A stretch of 64,000 nt of DNA from Gemmatimonas sp. (GCA_965279375.1 OZ257156.1:4640001-4704000), one strand, 5' to 3'; shown: positions 11,937 to 22,280, numbered from the stretch's first letter. The notes: a model not told the origin generated them from the letters alone. Made by a program: numbers and translations.

Positions 11937-12976
11937 CGCGCGCGCGTTCCGCGCACATCGATGTGCACGAATGGGCCGTGCGCCGACGTGGCGGGATACA
12001 CGCCAACTCCACCGACGAGCTCCGGGTGCGCGGCCTCGACCCGATTGGCCGCGTCAGCAAGGACGCGCGCATCACGTGTATCGATGCGGCCGTCGCGATT
12101 GAGATCGCCCATCCAGTCACGCGTGCCGTTCACCACGTAGACGTCCGCGGCATCGCCGTACTGATGGCGACTGTCCTGCACGCGTCCGCCGGCACCTACA
12201 CCTTGCGCGTTGTACTGCGGCGTCCGGAAGCCGGACATCACGTGCAGCTTGTTGACCGCCACGCCCATGCGCTGTAGCTCGTCGATGACGAGTTCGAGCT
12301 TGTCGACCAGCGGCTCGCGCAGCACGAGATACTTGGGCCATGTGGCGCCCTGGTCGTGCGTGAGGAAGTCCGCCAACCGGAAGTGATCGGAGACGGCGGT
12401 TGCGCTGTTGCTCGGCGTCACCTCGACGAATCCCTCGGGATTCGCGTAGGCGCTCGAACGCGCGGAACGCTGCTCGCTCGGGAAGAAGCCGATGCGATAG
12501 CTCCCAATCCGCCCGCTGATCTTGTCGGCGAACGGTCGCATCGTGATCAGGTGGAACGCTGAATCGCCTTCAGCGGCCGTATACACACCGGGCCGGCGAG
12601 CCGCGTCGTCACCGAAGAGCTGGGCGAGGAGCGGGATTGATGCGGCGCGCGATGGAGTCAGAAAGCGCGCCCGCAGCTTGCGGCTGCGTCCACGGAGCGA
12701 GTCGAGAAATGCGAGCGAGACGCGTCCGCCTTCCGTGGTGACGCCGACGCTGGTCCTCGGCGCGCGTACCGCCAAACGGGCATCCGCCGATGCCGGCAGC
12801 GCCAAGGCACACACGATCGCCGCCGCCGACGCCCCCAAGGCGCCTGCCAAACGGCGGCGCTTCCGGGAGCGTGAGCTGGTCATCGGACCGCGCGAGGCGG
12901 TGCCGAGCGAATCGTGCGTCGCAGGAGAAATCGGCGTGTCGGCGAAAGGGGCGGTATTGCGGTCCGGGTTCATCAC
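11921..12976 (-). CDS. Peptidase M15A family protein (paralogue), exported
   Basis: SGFRTPQYN, SRHQYGDAAD, FVHIDVRG; signal peptide ending PASADA; start uncertain. Confidence 0.8.
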   Translation of the reverse strand: MMNPDRNTAPFADTPISPATHDSLGTASRGPMTSSRSRKRRRLAGALGASAAAIVCALALPASADARLAVRAPRTSVGVTTEGGRVSLAFLDSLRGRSRKLRARFLTPSRAASIPLLAQLFGDDAARRPGVYTAAEGDSAFHLITMRPFADKISGRIGSYRIGFFPSEQRSARSSAYANPEGFVEVTPSNSATAVSDHFRLADFLTHDQGATWPKYLVLREPLVDKLELVIDELQRMGVAVNKLHVMSGFRTPQYNAQGVGAGGRVQDSRHQYGDAADVYVVNGTRDWMGDLNRDGRIDTRDARVLADAANRVEAAHPELVGGVGVYPATSAHGPFVHIDVRGTRARWGAL

Positions 12977-13053
12977 GATAGACGACTCAGACCGGACCGG
13001 GAAATATAGCCGCGCCGGGAGACCATCACGTAGACGGCCCGGACTCGCTCAGG

Positions 13054-13878
13054 CTAGTAGATGTAGACCGGCGTACCGATCTGCACACGGTCGTACAGCA
13101 CGCGGATGTCTTCGTTCCGCATGCGCACACATCCGTGACTGACCGCACGTCCGATCGAATTGGGCTCGTTCGTCCCGTGGAGCCCGTAGCCATCGCCCAG
13201 ATAGAGCCGGAAATCTCCCAGCACGCCTGGGTATTTGCGCTGGTTGGTCCCATAGGGCGGAATCACGACGCGTCCGTCGGCGATGATCTCCTTGCCCTCC
13301 GCCGCGGTGAGCGTTCGAACGGACCCATCTTTCGAGCGGCGCACGACATCGTTGCCCACGACCGTGATCTCGCCGCCGTCCTTGAGGCGGATGGGGGCGC
13401 CGCGCTCAAGCTGCACCACGCTCGAGCGGCGGCGATTGGCCTGCTCCTGATAGTGCCAGTCCGGCGGGACCCAAGCAGGTGCCGAGTCACGGCGCTGGAC
13501 GACCAACCGTCCGCGCGGCGTCTCGAAGTGCAGCACCTTGCTGCCGCCCTTGACCACGAGCGTCTTGCCGCTGCCAGTGGCTACGGGCGCGGTGAACAGG
13601 ACGCTGTCGCCCTGCTTGTACCAGACGCGGCGATCGGCGATGGAGACGACGAGGTAGGGACCGCCCGGGGCGGCCTCGGGGACGCTGGCTACCTGCGCCC
13701 GCAGACTGTCCACGCCCGCGTTCGCCTCGAGCTTGGCCTGCAGCAGCGCCTCGGTGTTGTCGTTGAACACCAGCCGCGCCACGTCGCGCCCGAATCGGAC
13801 GCGCACCGTCGAGTAGGTGAGCCAGGCGGTGACGGCCGTGGAGGCGAGGGTGAGTCCGAGCAGCGTTCGAAAAATCAC
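13054..13878 (-). CDS. L,D-transpeptidase (YkuD domain)
   Basis: [24 protein letters not shown]...SHGCVRM catalytic motif, GTPVYIY; N-terminal TM; GTG start estimated. Confidence 0.9.
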   Translation of the reverse strand: MIFRTLLGLTLASTAVTAWLTYSTVRVRFGRDVARLVFNDNTEALLQAKLEANAGVDSLRAQVASVPEAAPGGPYLVVSIADRRVWYKQGDSVLFTAPVATGSGKTLVVKGGSKVLHFETPRGRLVVQRRDSAPAWVPPDWHYQEQANRRRSSVVQLERGAPIRLKDGGEITVVGNDVVRRSKDGSVRTLTAAEGKEIIADGRVVIPPYGTNQRKYPGVLGDFRLYLGDGYGLHGTNEPNSIGRAVSHGCVRMRNEDIRVLYDRVQIGTPVYIY

Positions 13879-13928
13879 GCGGCCACGGCGTACAGCGCTC
13901 GTGTGGGCGTCGGTTACGTGTGAGGAGG

Positions 13929-14582
13929 TCAAAAGAAGTAGACCTTCATGCCGCGCGTGAGGTTGGCCTTGATGGCAGCGAGATCGGCGGCGGACGCGCG
14001 CACGGCGCCCGGCATCACGTAGCTGCTGTCGGCCAGCGGTCCTTCGGCGGGGAGCGCGTAGATGAGCGTGCCGCCGCTGGTGACGATGGCGTCCGGTCCC
14101 GTCCAGCCGGCGACCGCGCGCTCGGCGGGAACCGGCAGCCCGCGATCGACCCAAAGCCAGCTCGGGAGCGCGAACTTGTCGCTGTTACCGATCAGCTGCT
14201 CGACCGTACGCGTCCCCTCCGGCACGGACACTTGGAGGGTGTCCGGGGGGAGTCCGACTCGACGCCCGGCCCCGACCCGCACCGCGAAGCGACGCAGTTC
14301 GGCCGTCCCTCTTTCGAGGACGATCGTGCCGGAATCGGTGTTGACGGAGAGGTGCAAGGCGTCATCGCCGTCGGCCTGACGTCGCATGAGCTCGAGCATC
14401 AACCCCGACTGATCGGCTTCCGCGGCGAGGATCGCATCGTTTCGCTGCCGCTCGATGTCGGTCATCCCTTGGCGCAACCGCTCGGTTTCCGCGGTGTATC
14501 GCTGGCGACGTTGCAACAGCAGTCCGTCGGCAACCAGCGTGGTGACGAAGACGATCGAGAGCAGGATGGAGCGTCGTTGCAT
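13929..14582 (-). CDS. Degenerate YkuD-like protein (catalytic His/Cys absent)
   Basis: TM plus coiled coil, then [18 protein letters not shown] and C-terminal LIYALP...MPGAVRA...GMKVYFF, collinear with the neighbouring LDT. Confidence 0.6.
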   Translation of the reverse strand: MQRRSILLSIVFVTTLVADGLLLQRRQRYTAETERLRQGMTDIERQRNDAILAAEADQSGLMLELMRRQADGDDALHLSVNTDSGTIVLERGTAELRRFAVRVGAGRRVGLPPDTLQVSVPEGTRTVEQLIGNSDKFALPSWLWVDRGLPVPAERAVAGWTGPDAIVTSGGTLIYALPAEGPLADSSYVMPGAVRASAADLAAIKANLTRGMKVYFF

Positions 14583-14667
14583 GCGCTGGGCGTTGGTGGC
14601 GTCCCTCTGGCGGGACTAGATTCCAAAAGTAGTTCCTGCACCTTCATCGGCCCACACCCGAGTACGG

Positions 14668-16227
14668 ATGTCAGCACGCACTGCGCGCCCCGTCGCCCTG
14701 ATCATTCTGGACGGCTGGGGTTATCGCGAAGACCCTACCGCCAACGCGATCCTGCTCGCCGATACGCCCAATTGGCATCGCATCTGGTCACACCCCTCAC
14801 GGACGCTGCTGACCGCTTCGGGACGCGCGGTCGGTCTGCCGGTGGGACAGATGGGCAACAGCGAAGTCGGGCACCTGAACCTGGGCGCCGGTCGCATCGT
14901 CATGCAGGATCTGGTCCGCATTACCGCGTCCATCGAGGACGGGTCCTTTTTCCAGAACCCTGCCCTGCTGACCGCGTGCCACACGGCGCGCGCGAACGAC
15001 TCGACGCTGCACCTCGTGGGGCTGCTGGGCGACGGAGGCGTGCACGCCTACGACGAGCATCTGCTCGCCCTCGTGGAGCTGGCAACCCGCGAACAGGTGT
15101 CGCGTATCGTCATTCATGCGCTGCTGGACGGACGTGACACGCCGCCGTCGTCGGGGATGGGGTTCCTGTCTGAACTGCTGACGAAGATCGAGGGGCGCGC
15201 GGAATTGGCATCGGTGTCAGGTCGCTACTTCGGCATGGACCGCGACAACCGCTGGGAGCGCACGGAAGCGTGGTATCGCGCGGCGGTGCTGGGCGACGGA
15301 CCGATCGTGAGCGATCCCAAGGCGGCGCTGCAACGCGCCTACGACGCGCACACCACCGATGAATTCGTGCAGCCGTTCGTGGTGGGCGATGCGACTGGCG
15401 CGCCGCGCGCGCCGATGCGCGATGGCGATGCGGTGATCTGCTTCAACTATCGCTCCGACCGCATGCGGCAGACGCTGCGCGCGCTGGCGATGCCCAACTT
15501 CACGGGCTTCGAAACGGGAACGCGCCCCAACGTGGCCATCACCACCATGACGCGCTACGAGGAAGACTTCCCCTTCCCGATCGCGTTCGCGGCGCAGTCG
15601 ATGCAGCACCTGGTGGGCGAAGTGATTTCCGATGCCGGGCTCACGCAGCTGCGCACGGCCGAGACCGAGAAGTATCCGCACGTCACGTTCTTCTTCAACG
15701 GCGGGCGTGACGCGCCATTCCCCGGAGAAGATCGCAAGATGGTGGCGAGCCCCAAGGTGGCCACCTACGACCTGCAGCCGGAGATGAGTGCAGCGGGCGT
15801 GTGCGATATCCTGTGCGAAGCGCTCGCCAACCGCACGCACGATTTCGTGTTGTGCAACTTCGCCAACTGCGACATGGTGGGGCACACGGGCTCCATTCCC
15901 GCCGCGATTTCCGCTGTGGAAACGGTGGACGCGTGCCTTGGCCGCATTCTCGAAGCGGCGCGCATCGGTGGCGCGCGGTTGATCATCACTGCGGACCACG
16001 GCAACGCCGACGTGATGGTAGACGAAACGACCGGGCAGCCGCATACGGCGCACACGACCAATCCGGTGCCGATTGTTGTGCTCGATCCCGATGGCGACGT
16101 GCCACTCCGCTCGGGCGGTGCGCTGTGCGATGTTGGCCCCACGGCATTGGCACTGCTCGGCCTCACGTTGCCTCCTGAAATGACCGGTCGCGATCTCCGC
16201 GATCTTTCGCATCCTCCGACGGCCTGA
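14668..16227 (+). CDS. gpmI: 2,3-bisphosphoglycerate-independent phosphoglycerate mutase
   Basis: ILDGWG, GQMGNSEVGH, DGRD, AETEKYPHVT, DMVGH, TADHGN, HTAHT. Confidence 0.97.
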   Translation: MSARTARPVALIILDGWGYREDPTANAILLADTPNWHRIWSHPSRTLLTASGRAVGLPVGQMGNSEVGHLNLGAGRIVMQDLVRITASIEDGSFFQNPALLTACHTARANDSTLHLVGLLGDGGVHAYDEHLLALVELATREQVSRIVIHALLDGRDTPPSSGMGFLSELLTKIEGRAELASVSGRYFGMDRDNRWERTEAWYRAAVLGDGPIVSDPKAALQRAYDAHTTDEFVQPFVVGDATGAPRAPMRDGDAVICFNYRSDRMRQTLRALAMPNFTGFETGTRPNVAITTMTRYEEDFPFPIAFAAQSMQHLVGEVISDAGLTQLRTAETEKYPHVTFFFNGGRDAPFPGEDRKMVASPKVATYDLQPEMSAAGVCDILCEALANRTHDFVLCNFANCDMVGHTGSIPAAISAVETVDACLGRILEAARIGGARLIITADHGNADVMVDETTGQPHTAHTTNPVPIVVLDPDGDVPLRSGGALCDVGPTALALLGLTLPPEMTGRDLRDLSHPPTA

Positions 16228-16955
16228 TGACTTCTTCTTTTTCGCTGGCACTGCGTCGGGCCTTCGTGCCGACGTCCCTTTCCGCTGCCCTGCTGCTCGC
16301 GGTCGCACCCACGCGGGTGGAAGCGCAGGTCGGCCATCTGCCCGACAAGAGTCCCTACGAGGACGTGAAGCCCGGCCAGACCCTCACGCTGAGTGCGGGC
16401 CGTCTGGGCGTGAAGCGTGATCCGGCCAAGGTGGCGCCGGACGCCGGAATGCTCTTTGGCCTGCGATACGATCTGCCGATCGGCGGGCCGGCCGGATTCT
16501 TCGTGAGCTACGAGTTCGCGCCGTCTCAGCGACGCGTGCTGGACCCGGGCAAGCCCGCGGCCACGCGGTTGGTGGGCACGCCGAATGTGACGACGCACGT
16601 AGTGGACCTGGGGTTGGACGTGTCGCTGACCGGCCGCAAGACGTGGCATCGGCTGATGCCCTCGCTGACGGGCGGCCTGGGGCTGGTGAGCGATTTCGGC
16701 GGCCTCGACACCGGCGCCTACAAGTTCGGCACGAAGTTCACGTTCGCGTACGGCGCGGCGATCAAGTATCTGCTGCGCAACGGCTGGACCATTCGCGCCG
16801 ATGCGACCAATCACATCTGGCAGTATCAGTATCCCGACCGGTATTTCGTGAAGGCGTCGGACACAACGTCGGTGCTGACCGACACCAAGGCACGCTCGGC
16901 GTGGCGCGGCAACTGGGCGCTGTCTGGCGGCGTGTCGATCCCGATCTTCCGGTAA
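16227..16955 (+). CDS. Hypothetical exported protein, probable outer-membrane beta-barrel
   Basis: Signal peptide (VEA-Q), alternating aromatic/hydrophobic beta-strand pattern, TGATG coupling to gpmI. Confidence 0.6.
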   Translation: MTSSFSLALRRAFVPTSLSAALLLAVAPTRVEAQVGHLPDKSPYEDVKPGQTLTLSAGRLGVKRDPAKVAPDAGMLFGLRYDLPIGGPAGFFVSYEFAPSQRRVLDPGKPAATRLVGTPNVTTHVVDLGLDVSLTGRKTWHRLMPSLTGGLGLVSDFGGLDTGAYKFGTKFTFAYGAAIKYLLRNGWTIRADATNHIWQYQYPDRYFVKASDTTSVLTDTKARSAWRGNWALSGGVSIPIFR

Positions 16956-16962
16956 CGCAGGA

Positions 16963-17391
16963 ATGCCGCGCACTTCGCTCACGCGGCGCGTCACGTTTGC
17001 GTCAGCTCATCGCTATCGACGCCCGGACTGGAGTGATGCGGAGAACGAAGCGGTATTCGGGGCGTGTGCGCATCCCAATTTCCACGGACACAGCTACACG
17101 TGCGACGTGACGGTTGCAGGTCCGGTCGATGAAGAGACCGGATTCGTCGTGGACCTGGGCTTTCTCGACCGCATGCTGCAGCGTGAAGTGCGTGATCGGT
17201 TCGATCACCGCAACATCAACCTCGACGTGCCGGAGTTCGCTGACGGCAAGTTGATTCCGACGGGCGAGAATCTCGCGCGCTTCATCGCCGAACGCATGCA
17301 GGCAGCGCTGGCGCACACGAGTGCGGTGGTGGTCCGCGTCCACCTGGCCGAAGATGCCACGTTGAGCAGCACGTATGAGGTGGACGCATGA
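16963..17391 (+). CDS. queD: 6-carboxytetrahydropterin/6-pyruvoyl-tetrahydropterin synthase
   Basis: FASAHR, CAHPNFHGHSY, TGFVVDL, DH, TGENLA. Confidence 0.85.
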   Translation: MPRTSLTRRVTFASAHRYRRPDWSDAENEAVFGACAHPNFHGHSYTCDVTVAGPVDEETGFVVDLGFLDRMLQREVRDRFDHRNINLDVPEFADGKLIPTGENLARFIAERMQAALAHTSAVVVRVHLAEDATLSSTYEVDA

Positions 17392-18980
17392 CAGTCGCAC
17401 GATACGTGGGTGCCGCCGTGCTGATGTGCGCAGCGAGCGCGTGTTCGACGGCGAAGGTTGCACCGATTGCGCCGCATCGACCGGAGCCGGTGCCCGCCGT
17501 GATGACGCCAGCCGCGATCGTGCCACCAACGCCGACATTGCGGAACGTGGTGCGCGGCATCGTGGATTCCGCGACCGCGGCGCCAATGTGGCGCAACGCA
17601 CGCTGGGGTATTCTGCTGGTCGATGCGGCGAGCGGCGACACGCTGGCCTCGCACGATGCCGATCGACTGTTCATGCCCGCGTCAAACGAGAAGCTGCTGA
17701 CCGCCGCGATCGCCGTGCAGCAGTTGGGGCTCGAGTATCGGTGGCGCACGCCGGTGTCCCTTCGTGGTACGCAGCGCGGACACACGTGGGTGGGCGATCT
17801 GCTGGTCGCGGGCAGCGGCGATCCGAGCGTGAGTGATGCCATGCGCGGTGATACGGCGGCGCGCGCGTTCGACCCCATCGTGGCGGCGTTGAAGGCACGC
17901 GGCATCACGCAGATCGTGGGCGAGGTGCGGTCGATGGGTGATGCGTTCACTGGCCCAACCTCGGGCTTCGGCTGGGCGATCGACGATCAGGACGCGGAGT
18001 ATGGCGCCGCGGTGGACGAGCTGATCTTTAACGAGGGACTGCTGCGCGTGCGCGTGTATGGTGGCGCCAAGGCTGGTGCCGCGGTGCGCGTGGTGCGCGC
18101 GCCCACGAGTGCGTATCCGCCGATCGTGATGCGGGCGGAAACGCGCGACAGCGTGGCTCGGCGCGATCGGGTGCGTGCCGAGTATGACTCGGTGGGTGGA
18201 GCGCTCGTGATCTCGGGAGCGATTGCGACGGGTGACAGCGCGCTGCTGGAGCTGTCGTACCGGCACCCGGCCGATGCGTATCTGGCCGCGTTGCGCGAGC
18301 GGCTGATGGGTGGTGGCATTCGACTGCGCCCCATGCCGCGTGCGCAGCGCCGAAGCTTCGCGCGCATGGTCGCTCGCGACTCCGCACGCGGCGCGAGTGC
18401 CGACACGTTGGTCGTGCTGGAATCGCCGACGCTTCGCGACGTGCTGCCGCGCATGCAGAAGCCGTCGCAGAATCAGATCGCCGAGTTGCTGTTTCGCACA
18501 ACCGGCAGAGTGGTGAGTGGCGACGGCTCGGCCGATAGTGCGCGGGCCGTTGGTGTGCGCACGCTGGCGACCTTCGGAATTGCGCCGACGGAGATTGCGT
18601 ATCGCGACGGCAGTGGATTATCGCGCCACGATTACGTGACGCCGCGCGCGGTGATCAAGGTGCTCGATGCGATGCGCCGTGCGCCCACGTTCGATGTGTA
18701 TCGCGACGCACTGCCGATTGCCGGCGTGGATGGCACGATTGCCAACCGCATGAAGGGCACGCCGGCGCAGGGGAATGCGCGCGCGAAGACGGGGACGCTG
18801 GATAAGACGCGCGCACTCTCGGGCTACGTGACCACGGCTGATGGGCGGCTGGTGATGTTCTCGATGCAGTGCAACAACTTCACGGTGCCCAACCGCGAAG
18901 TGGAACGTGTGCAGGATCTGTTGGTGACGACGGTAGCTGGCTTCCGTTCTGCGAGCGACAGCGGTCCCCGTGGCCGCTGA
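17388..18980 (+). CDS. dacB: D-alanyl-D-alanine carboxypeptidase/endopeptidase (PBP4, S13)
   Basis: PASNEK (SxxK), SQN (SxN), DGSGLSR, AKTGT (KTG); lipobox-like ASAC. Confidence 0.92.
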   Translation: MTVARYVGAAVLMCAASACSTAKVAPIAPHRPEPVPAVMTPAAIVPPTPTLRNVVRGIVDSATAAPMWRNARWGILLVDAASGDTLASHDADRLFMPASNEKLLTAAIAVQQLGLEYRWRTPVSLRGTQRGHTWVGDLLVAGSGDPSVSDAMRGDTAARAFDPIVAALKARGITQIVGEVRSMGDAFTGPTSGFGWAIDDQDAEYGAAVDELIFNEGLLRVRVYGGAKAGAAVRVVRAPTSAYPPIVMRAETRDSVARRDRVRAEYDSVGGALVISGAIATGDSALLELSYRHPADAYLAALRERLMGGGIRLRPMPRAQRRSFARMVARDSARGASADTLVVLESPTLRDVLPRMQKPSQNQIAELLFRTTGRVVSGDGSADSARAVGVRTLATFGIAPTEIAYRDGSGLSRHDYVTPRAVIKVLDAMRRAPTFDVYRDALPIAGVDGTIANRMKGTPAQGNARAKTGTLDKTRALSGYVTTADGRLVMFSMQCNNFTVPNREVERVQDLLVTTVAGFRSASDSGPRGR

Positions 18981-20259
18981 ACCCGCGCGCAGCTACGAGG
19001 AGGCACTCGCGGCGATTCTCGAGGCTGCGCGCGCCGTAACGACCGCAGCAGAGTTCACGGAAACGGTCGCGTTGGGCGATGCACTGCATCGTGTGCTCGC
19101 AGCAGCGGTGCGAAGCCCGCTCGCGTTGCCGCCATGGGATAACGCCGGCATGGACGGGTACGCGGTGCAGCGTGCTGCGGTGGCGGGGGCAAGTCCAAGC
19201 GCGCCAATCACGCTGCGCGTGACTGGCTCGATCGCGGCGGGTGCGGATCCGGCCACGCTGCCAACGGTGACGCACGATAGCGCGGTGCGCATCATGACGG
19301 GCGCACCAGTGCCGCCGGGATGCGACGCGGTGGTGCGTATCGAGGACACGGATCGTGGCACGACCTCGGTGGTGATCACCAACGATCGTGATCTCGCTGG
19401 ACGCGGAAACGTTCGCCCTCGCGGTGAGGATATCGCTGCGGGCGCCGTCGTATTCGAGGCCGGCACTCGGCTCGGTGCCTCGCACCTTGGTACGCTGGCG
19501 AGCGTCGGCGCGCCGACGGTGTCGGTGTATCGCAGGCCGCGCGTGACGTTGCTCTCGAGTGGCGACGAGCTGGTATTGCTCGACCAGTTCGACGAGGCGC
19601 TGGCGGGCCGGAAGATCGTGTCGTCGTCCACCTACGCGCTGCCGGCGCTGCTGCGGCAGGCCGGCGCGGATGTGCGCGTGCTGCCGCTGTTGCCCGATGA
19701 CTTGCAGGTCGTGACCAACGCCATTCGCGAGGCCGTCGCCGAGGGCTGCGATCTGTTGATCACCACCGGCGGCGTGTCGGTCGGCGCACACGACTACACG
19801 CGCGATGCGTTGGCGGCACTCGGCGGGGCGTTGGGCTTCTGGCGCGCGCGCATACGCCCTGGCGGACCGATCGGTACCGGAACCGTGCTGGGCGTGCCGT
19901 GGCTCGGACTGCCGGGGAATCCGGTGTCCACGATGGTCACCGGCGCACTCTTTGCGTGGCCATTGGTGCGCGCGATGAGCGGAGATGTGGCGGTCCACCA
20001 TGTGCCGTTGATGGCGTACGTGCGCGATACGATGGAGACGCCGGCGCCGCTCACTTATTTCGTGCGCGTCACGCTCGCGGTTCGGGACGATGGCGAGCTC
20101 GAGGCGCGGACGGCGGGGCCGCAGGGCTCTAATTTGCTGCGCACGATGGCGCTGGCGAATGGCCTGCTGATGGTACCCGAAGCGATGCAGCGGGTGGAAC
20201 CGGGCACACGCCTGCCGGTGTTGATGCTGCCTGGAGTTGAACTGAGTGGTCTCCGATGA
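18970..20259 (+). CDS. moeA: Molybdopterin molybdenumtransferase
   Basis: PPWDNAGMDGYAV, RIMTGA, SSGDEL, TTGGVSVG, GLPGNPVS. Confidence 0.95.
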   Translation: MAAEPARSYEEALAAILEAARAVTTAAEFTETVALGDALHRVLAAAVRSPLALPPWDNAGMDGYAVQRAAVAGASPSAPITLRVTGSIAAGADPATLPTVTHDSAVRIMTGAPVPPGCDAVVRIEDTDRGTTSVVITNDRDLAGRGNVRPRGEDIAAGAVVFEAGTRLGASHLGTLASVGAPTVSVYRRPRVTLLSSGDELVLLDQFDEALAGRKIVSSSTYALPALLRQAGADVRVLPLLPDDLQVVTNAIREAVAEGCDLLITTGGVSVGAHDYTRDALAALGGALGFWRARIRPGGPIGTGTVLGVPWLGLPGNPVSTMVTGALFAWPLVRAMSGDVAVHHVPLMAYVRDTMETPAPLTYFVRVTLAVRDDGELEARTAGPQGSNLLRTMALANGLLMVPEAMQRVEPGTRLPVLMLPGVELSGLR

Positions 20260-20339
20260 GTGGCCGTGACACGGGCAGCTCATGATGATTCCCATCATGA
20301 TGATTCCCGTGATGAGTGCGCTACCTCCAACGAGCGACG

Positions 20340-21059
20340 ATGAGTGAACAGTGGAGTGACGTCGTGCGCGACGGCATCACGACGTTGCATGGAGCTGCAC
20401 TCGACGAGGCGCTGGCGCGCCGGTTCGAGCTTGCGGACGAAACTGTTGTGCTCGATGGCGTCAGCTTCGTATTGCGCAAGCCGGCCAACGCTGATCATCT
20501 GATCAGCGAAGCCGACTACGTGATGGATGAGCGATTGCCATACTGGGCCGACCTCTGGCCTTCGTCGCGACAGCTGGCCACGACGCTGCTGCGTGAGCAA
20601 GGGAACGGTCGCACACTCCTGGAACTAGGGTGCGGTCTTGGCCTGCCGTCGATTGCTGCCTTGCGTGCGGGATTCGACGTCACGTCCACCGACTACTACG
20701 AAGATGCGCTGCAAGTCACGCGCGCGAACGCCGGTCGGAACCTGGGCGTGGAGCCGCACGTGCGCATGGTGAACTGGCGGCAGTGGCCGGATGACTTTGG
20801 CCCGTTCGATGTGATCGTGGCCGCCGATGTGATTTACGAGCCCGAGTACGCGGTGCTCGTGGCGTCGTGCATTGCTCGCGCGTTGAGTGCAGACGGCGAA
20901 GCGATCATCGCCGATCCGGGGCGCACGTCGCTGGCGCGCTTTCTCACCGAGCTGCCGCTGGTGGGGCTCGAGATCGTGGAGTCGAGCACCACCCCGTATC
21001 ACGAAGGCAAGATCAACCAGCAGATTCAGGTGATGCGCCTGCGGCGCGTGCAGCGCTGA
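20340..21059 (+). CDS. Class I SAM-dependent methyltransferase (Methyltransf_16/METTL21-like)
   Basis: PYWADLWPSS, LELGCGLG, TDY, FDVIVAADVIY, ADPGR. Confidence 0.8.
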   Translation: MSEQWSDVVRDGITTLHGAALDEALARRFELADETVVLDGVSFVLRKPANADHLISEADYVMDERLPYWADLWPSSRQLATTLLREQGNGRTLLELGCGLGLPSIAALRAGFDVTSTDYYEDALQVTRANAGRNLGVEPHVRMVNWRQWPDDFGPFDVIVAADVIYEPEYAVLVASCIARALSADGEAIIADPGRTSLARFLTELPLVGLEIVESSTTPYHEGKINQQIQVMRLRRVQR

Positions 21060-21092
21060 CGGCTAACCGTCGGCTGCACGCGCGCGACGACG

Positions 21093-22280
21093 TCACGGTA
21101 CGAGCGTGACCGTGATCGGTGCGCCGAGTCGCAGCGCATAGGCGTCGAGGTACTTCCACCACGCTTGTGGGGTTGGGATATCGCCCGCTGCCGTCCATGC
21201 AGCGCCCACATAGTGCACGACCGGCTTTCCGACGGGCGCCGACGAGACGGCCATGTAGTGACCGTACGCTTCCTTCCAATCGGACACGCGATCGCGCGGG
21301 ATGAGCACCGCAGTTCCGATTTCGCCGTGGCCACCGTTCTTGGGCGCCGTCGGGCCCCACCCTGACACCCACGCCCACGGGTTGACCTTGCTGGTGCTGC
21401 CGATCAGGCCGGGCCGCTTCACGAGACCGATCACGAAGGGGATGCTGGTGGTGCCTGCCGTCGTGGTGTTGAAGATGCTCTCTTCGCGATAGACCATCTG
21501 ACCCGCGTCCACGCTGATGCGCTTCACTTCGCTGACCGAGAGTCCGGCAGCGTTCCACGGGTCATAGCGCAACTCGAAGACGGCGCGCAGCGGACCGTTG
21601 GCCAGGATCTTCCATGCCTTGAAGTTGTCAGCGCGAAAGAGCGTGTCGTTCTTCCAGACGGCCGTACCGCCGGCACCGAGCGTTTCGCCCACGTCGAAGA
21701 AGTCCGCACCCTCGCCGGTGTCCACATGATACGCATCGTGCCCCTTGTCGTACCATTTGTCGACGATCAGCGCGCGCGTCTTCTTGCTCCACACGTCGAT
21801 GCCGCTGCTCGACATCGCGGACGATGTCTTCTTGAGCCCTTCGCCGTAGATGCGCCACGCGCCGCGATCGTTCTCCCATGCGATGTCATCGCGCGGCTCG
21901 TCGTGGCGAATGTGCACCCGCTTTGGGACCGCGGCCGCTGCCGTGGCCTCGACGGTGAAGCGGCGCGTTTCCTTGGCAAGAAAGCTCGCCTGAAAAATCA
22001 GCTCATCCACACTGCCGTTGCCATCGTTGTCCACCGCTTGCGAGATGATCTCGCGTCCTTCGGCGTCGGTGACGCGAATGGCAGCGGCCGACGCGCTGCT
22101 GATCTTCGAGAGCACCGTGCTCCACGGAACGGAGACAATTTCCTCGCTGCGATCGATGGCGAGCGTATTCTGCGCGCGGACGGAGAACTTGGCCGCGCTC
22201 TGCGCAGAGGCGACCGCGCCATGCGCCAACAGCGCGACAGCGAGCGTGACGGGAGATACGACTCGGGTGAACGCGTTCAT
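21093..22280 (-). CDS. DUF4861-family secreted protein
   Basis: Signal peptide; RDDIAWEND..WRIYG, SSGIDVWSK, YHVDTGEGADFFDVG.TLGAGG; ATGA overlap with kduI. Confidence 0.75.
   Translation of the reverse strand: MNAFTRVVSPVTLAVALLAHGAVASAQSAAKFSVRAQNTLAIDRSEEIVSVPWSTVLSKISSASAAAIRVTDAEGREIISQAVDNDGNGSVDELIFQASFLAKETRRFTVEATAAAAVPKRVHIRHDEPRDDIAWENDRGAWRIYGEGLKKTSSAMSSSGIDVWSKKTRALIVDKWYDKGHDAYHVDTGEGADFFDVGETLGAGGTAVWKNDTLFRADNFKAWKILANGPLRAVFELRYDPWNAAGLSVSEVKRISVDAGQMVYREESIFNTTTAGTTSIPFVIGLVKRPGLIGSTSKVNPWAWVSGWGPTAPKNGGHGEIGTAVLIPRDRVSDWKEAYGHYMAVSSAPVGKPVVHYVGAAWTAAGDIPTPQAWWKYLDAYALRLGAPITVTLVP

Noticed and set aside
20280..20310. 15-bp tandem duplication (TCATGATGATTCCC) and an 11-bp repeat near 2930-2955
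   Set aside because: Two-copy micro-duplications with no further support for function
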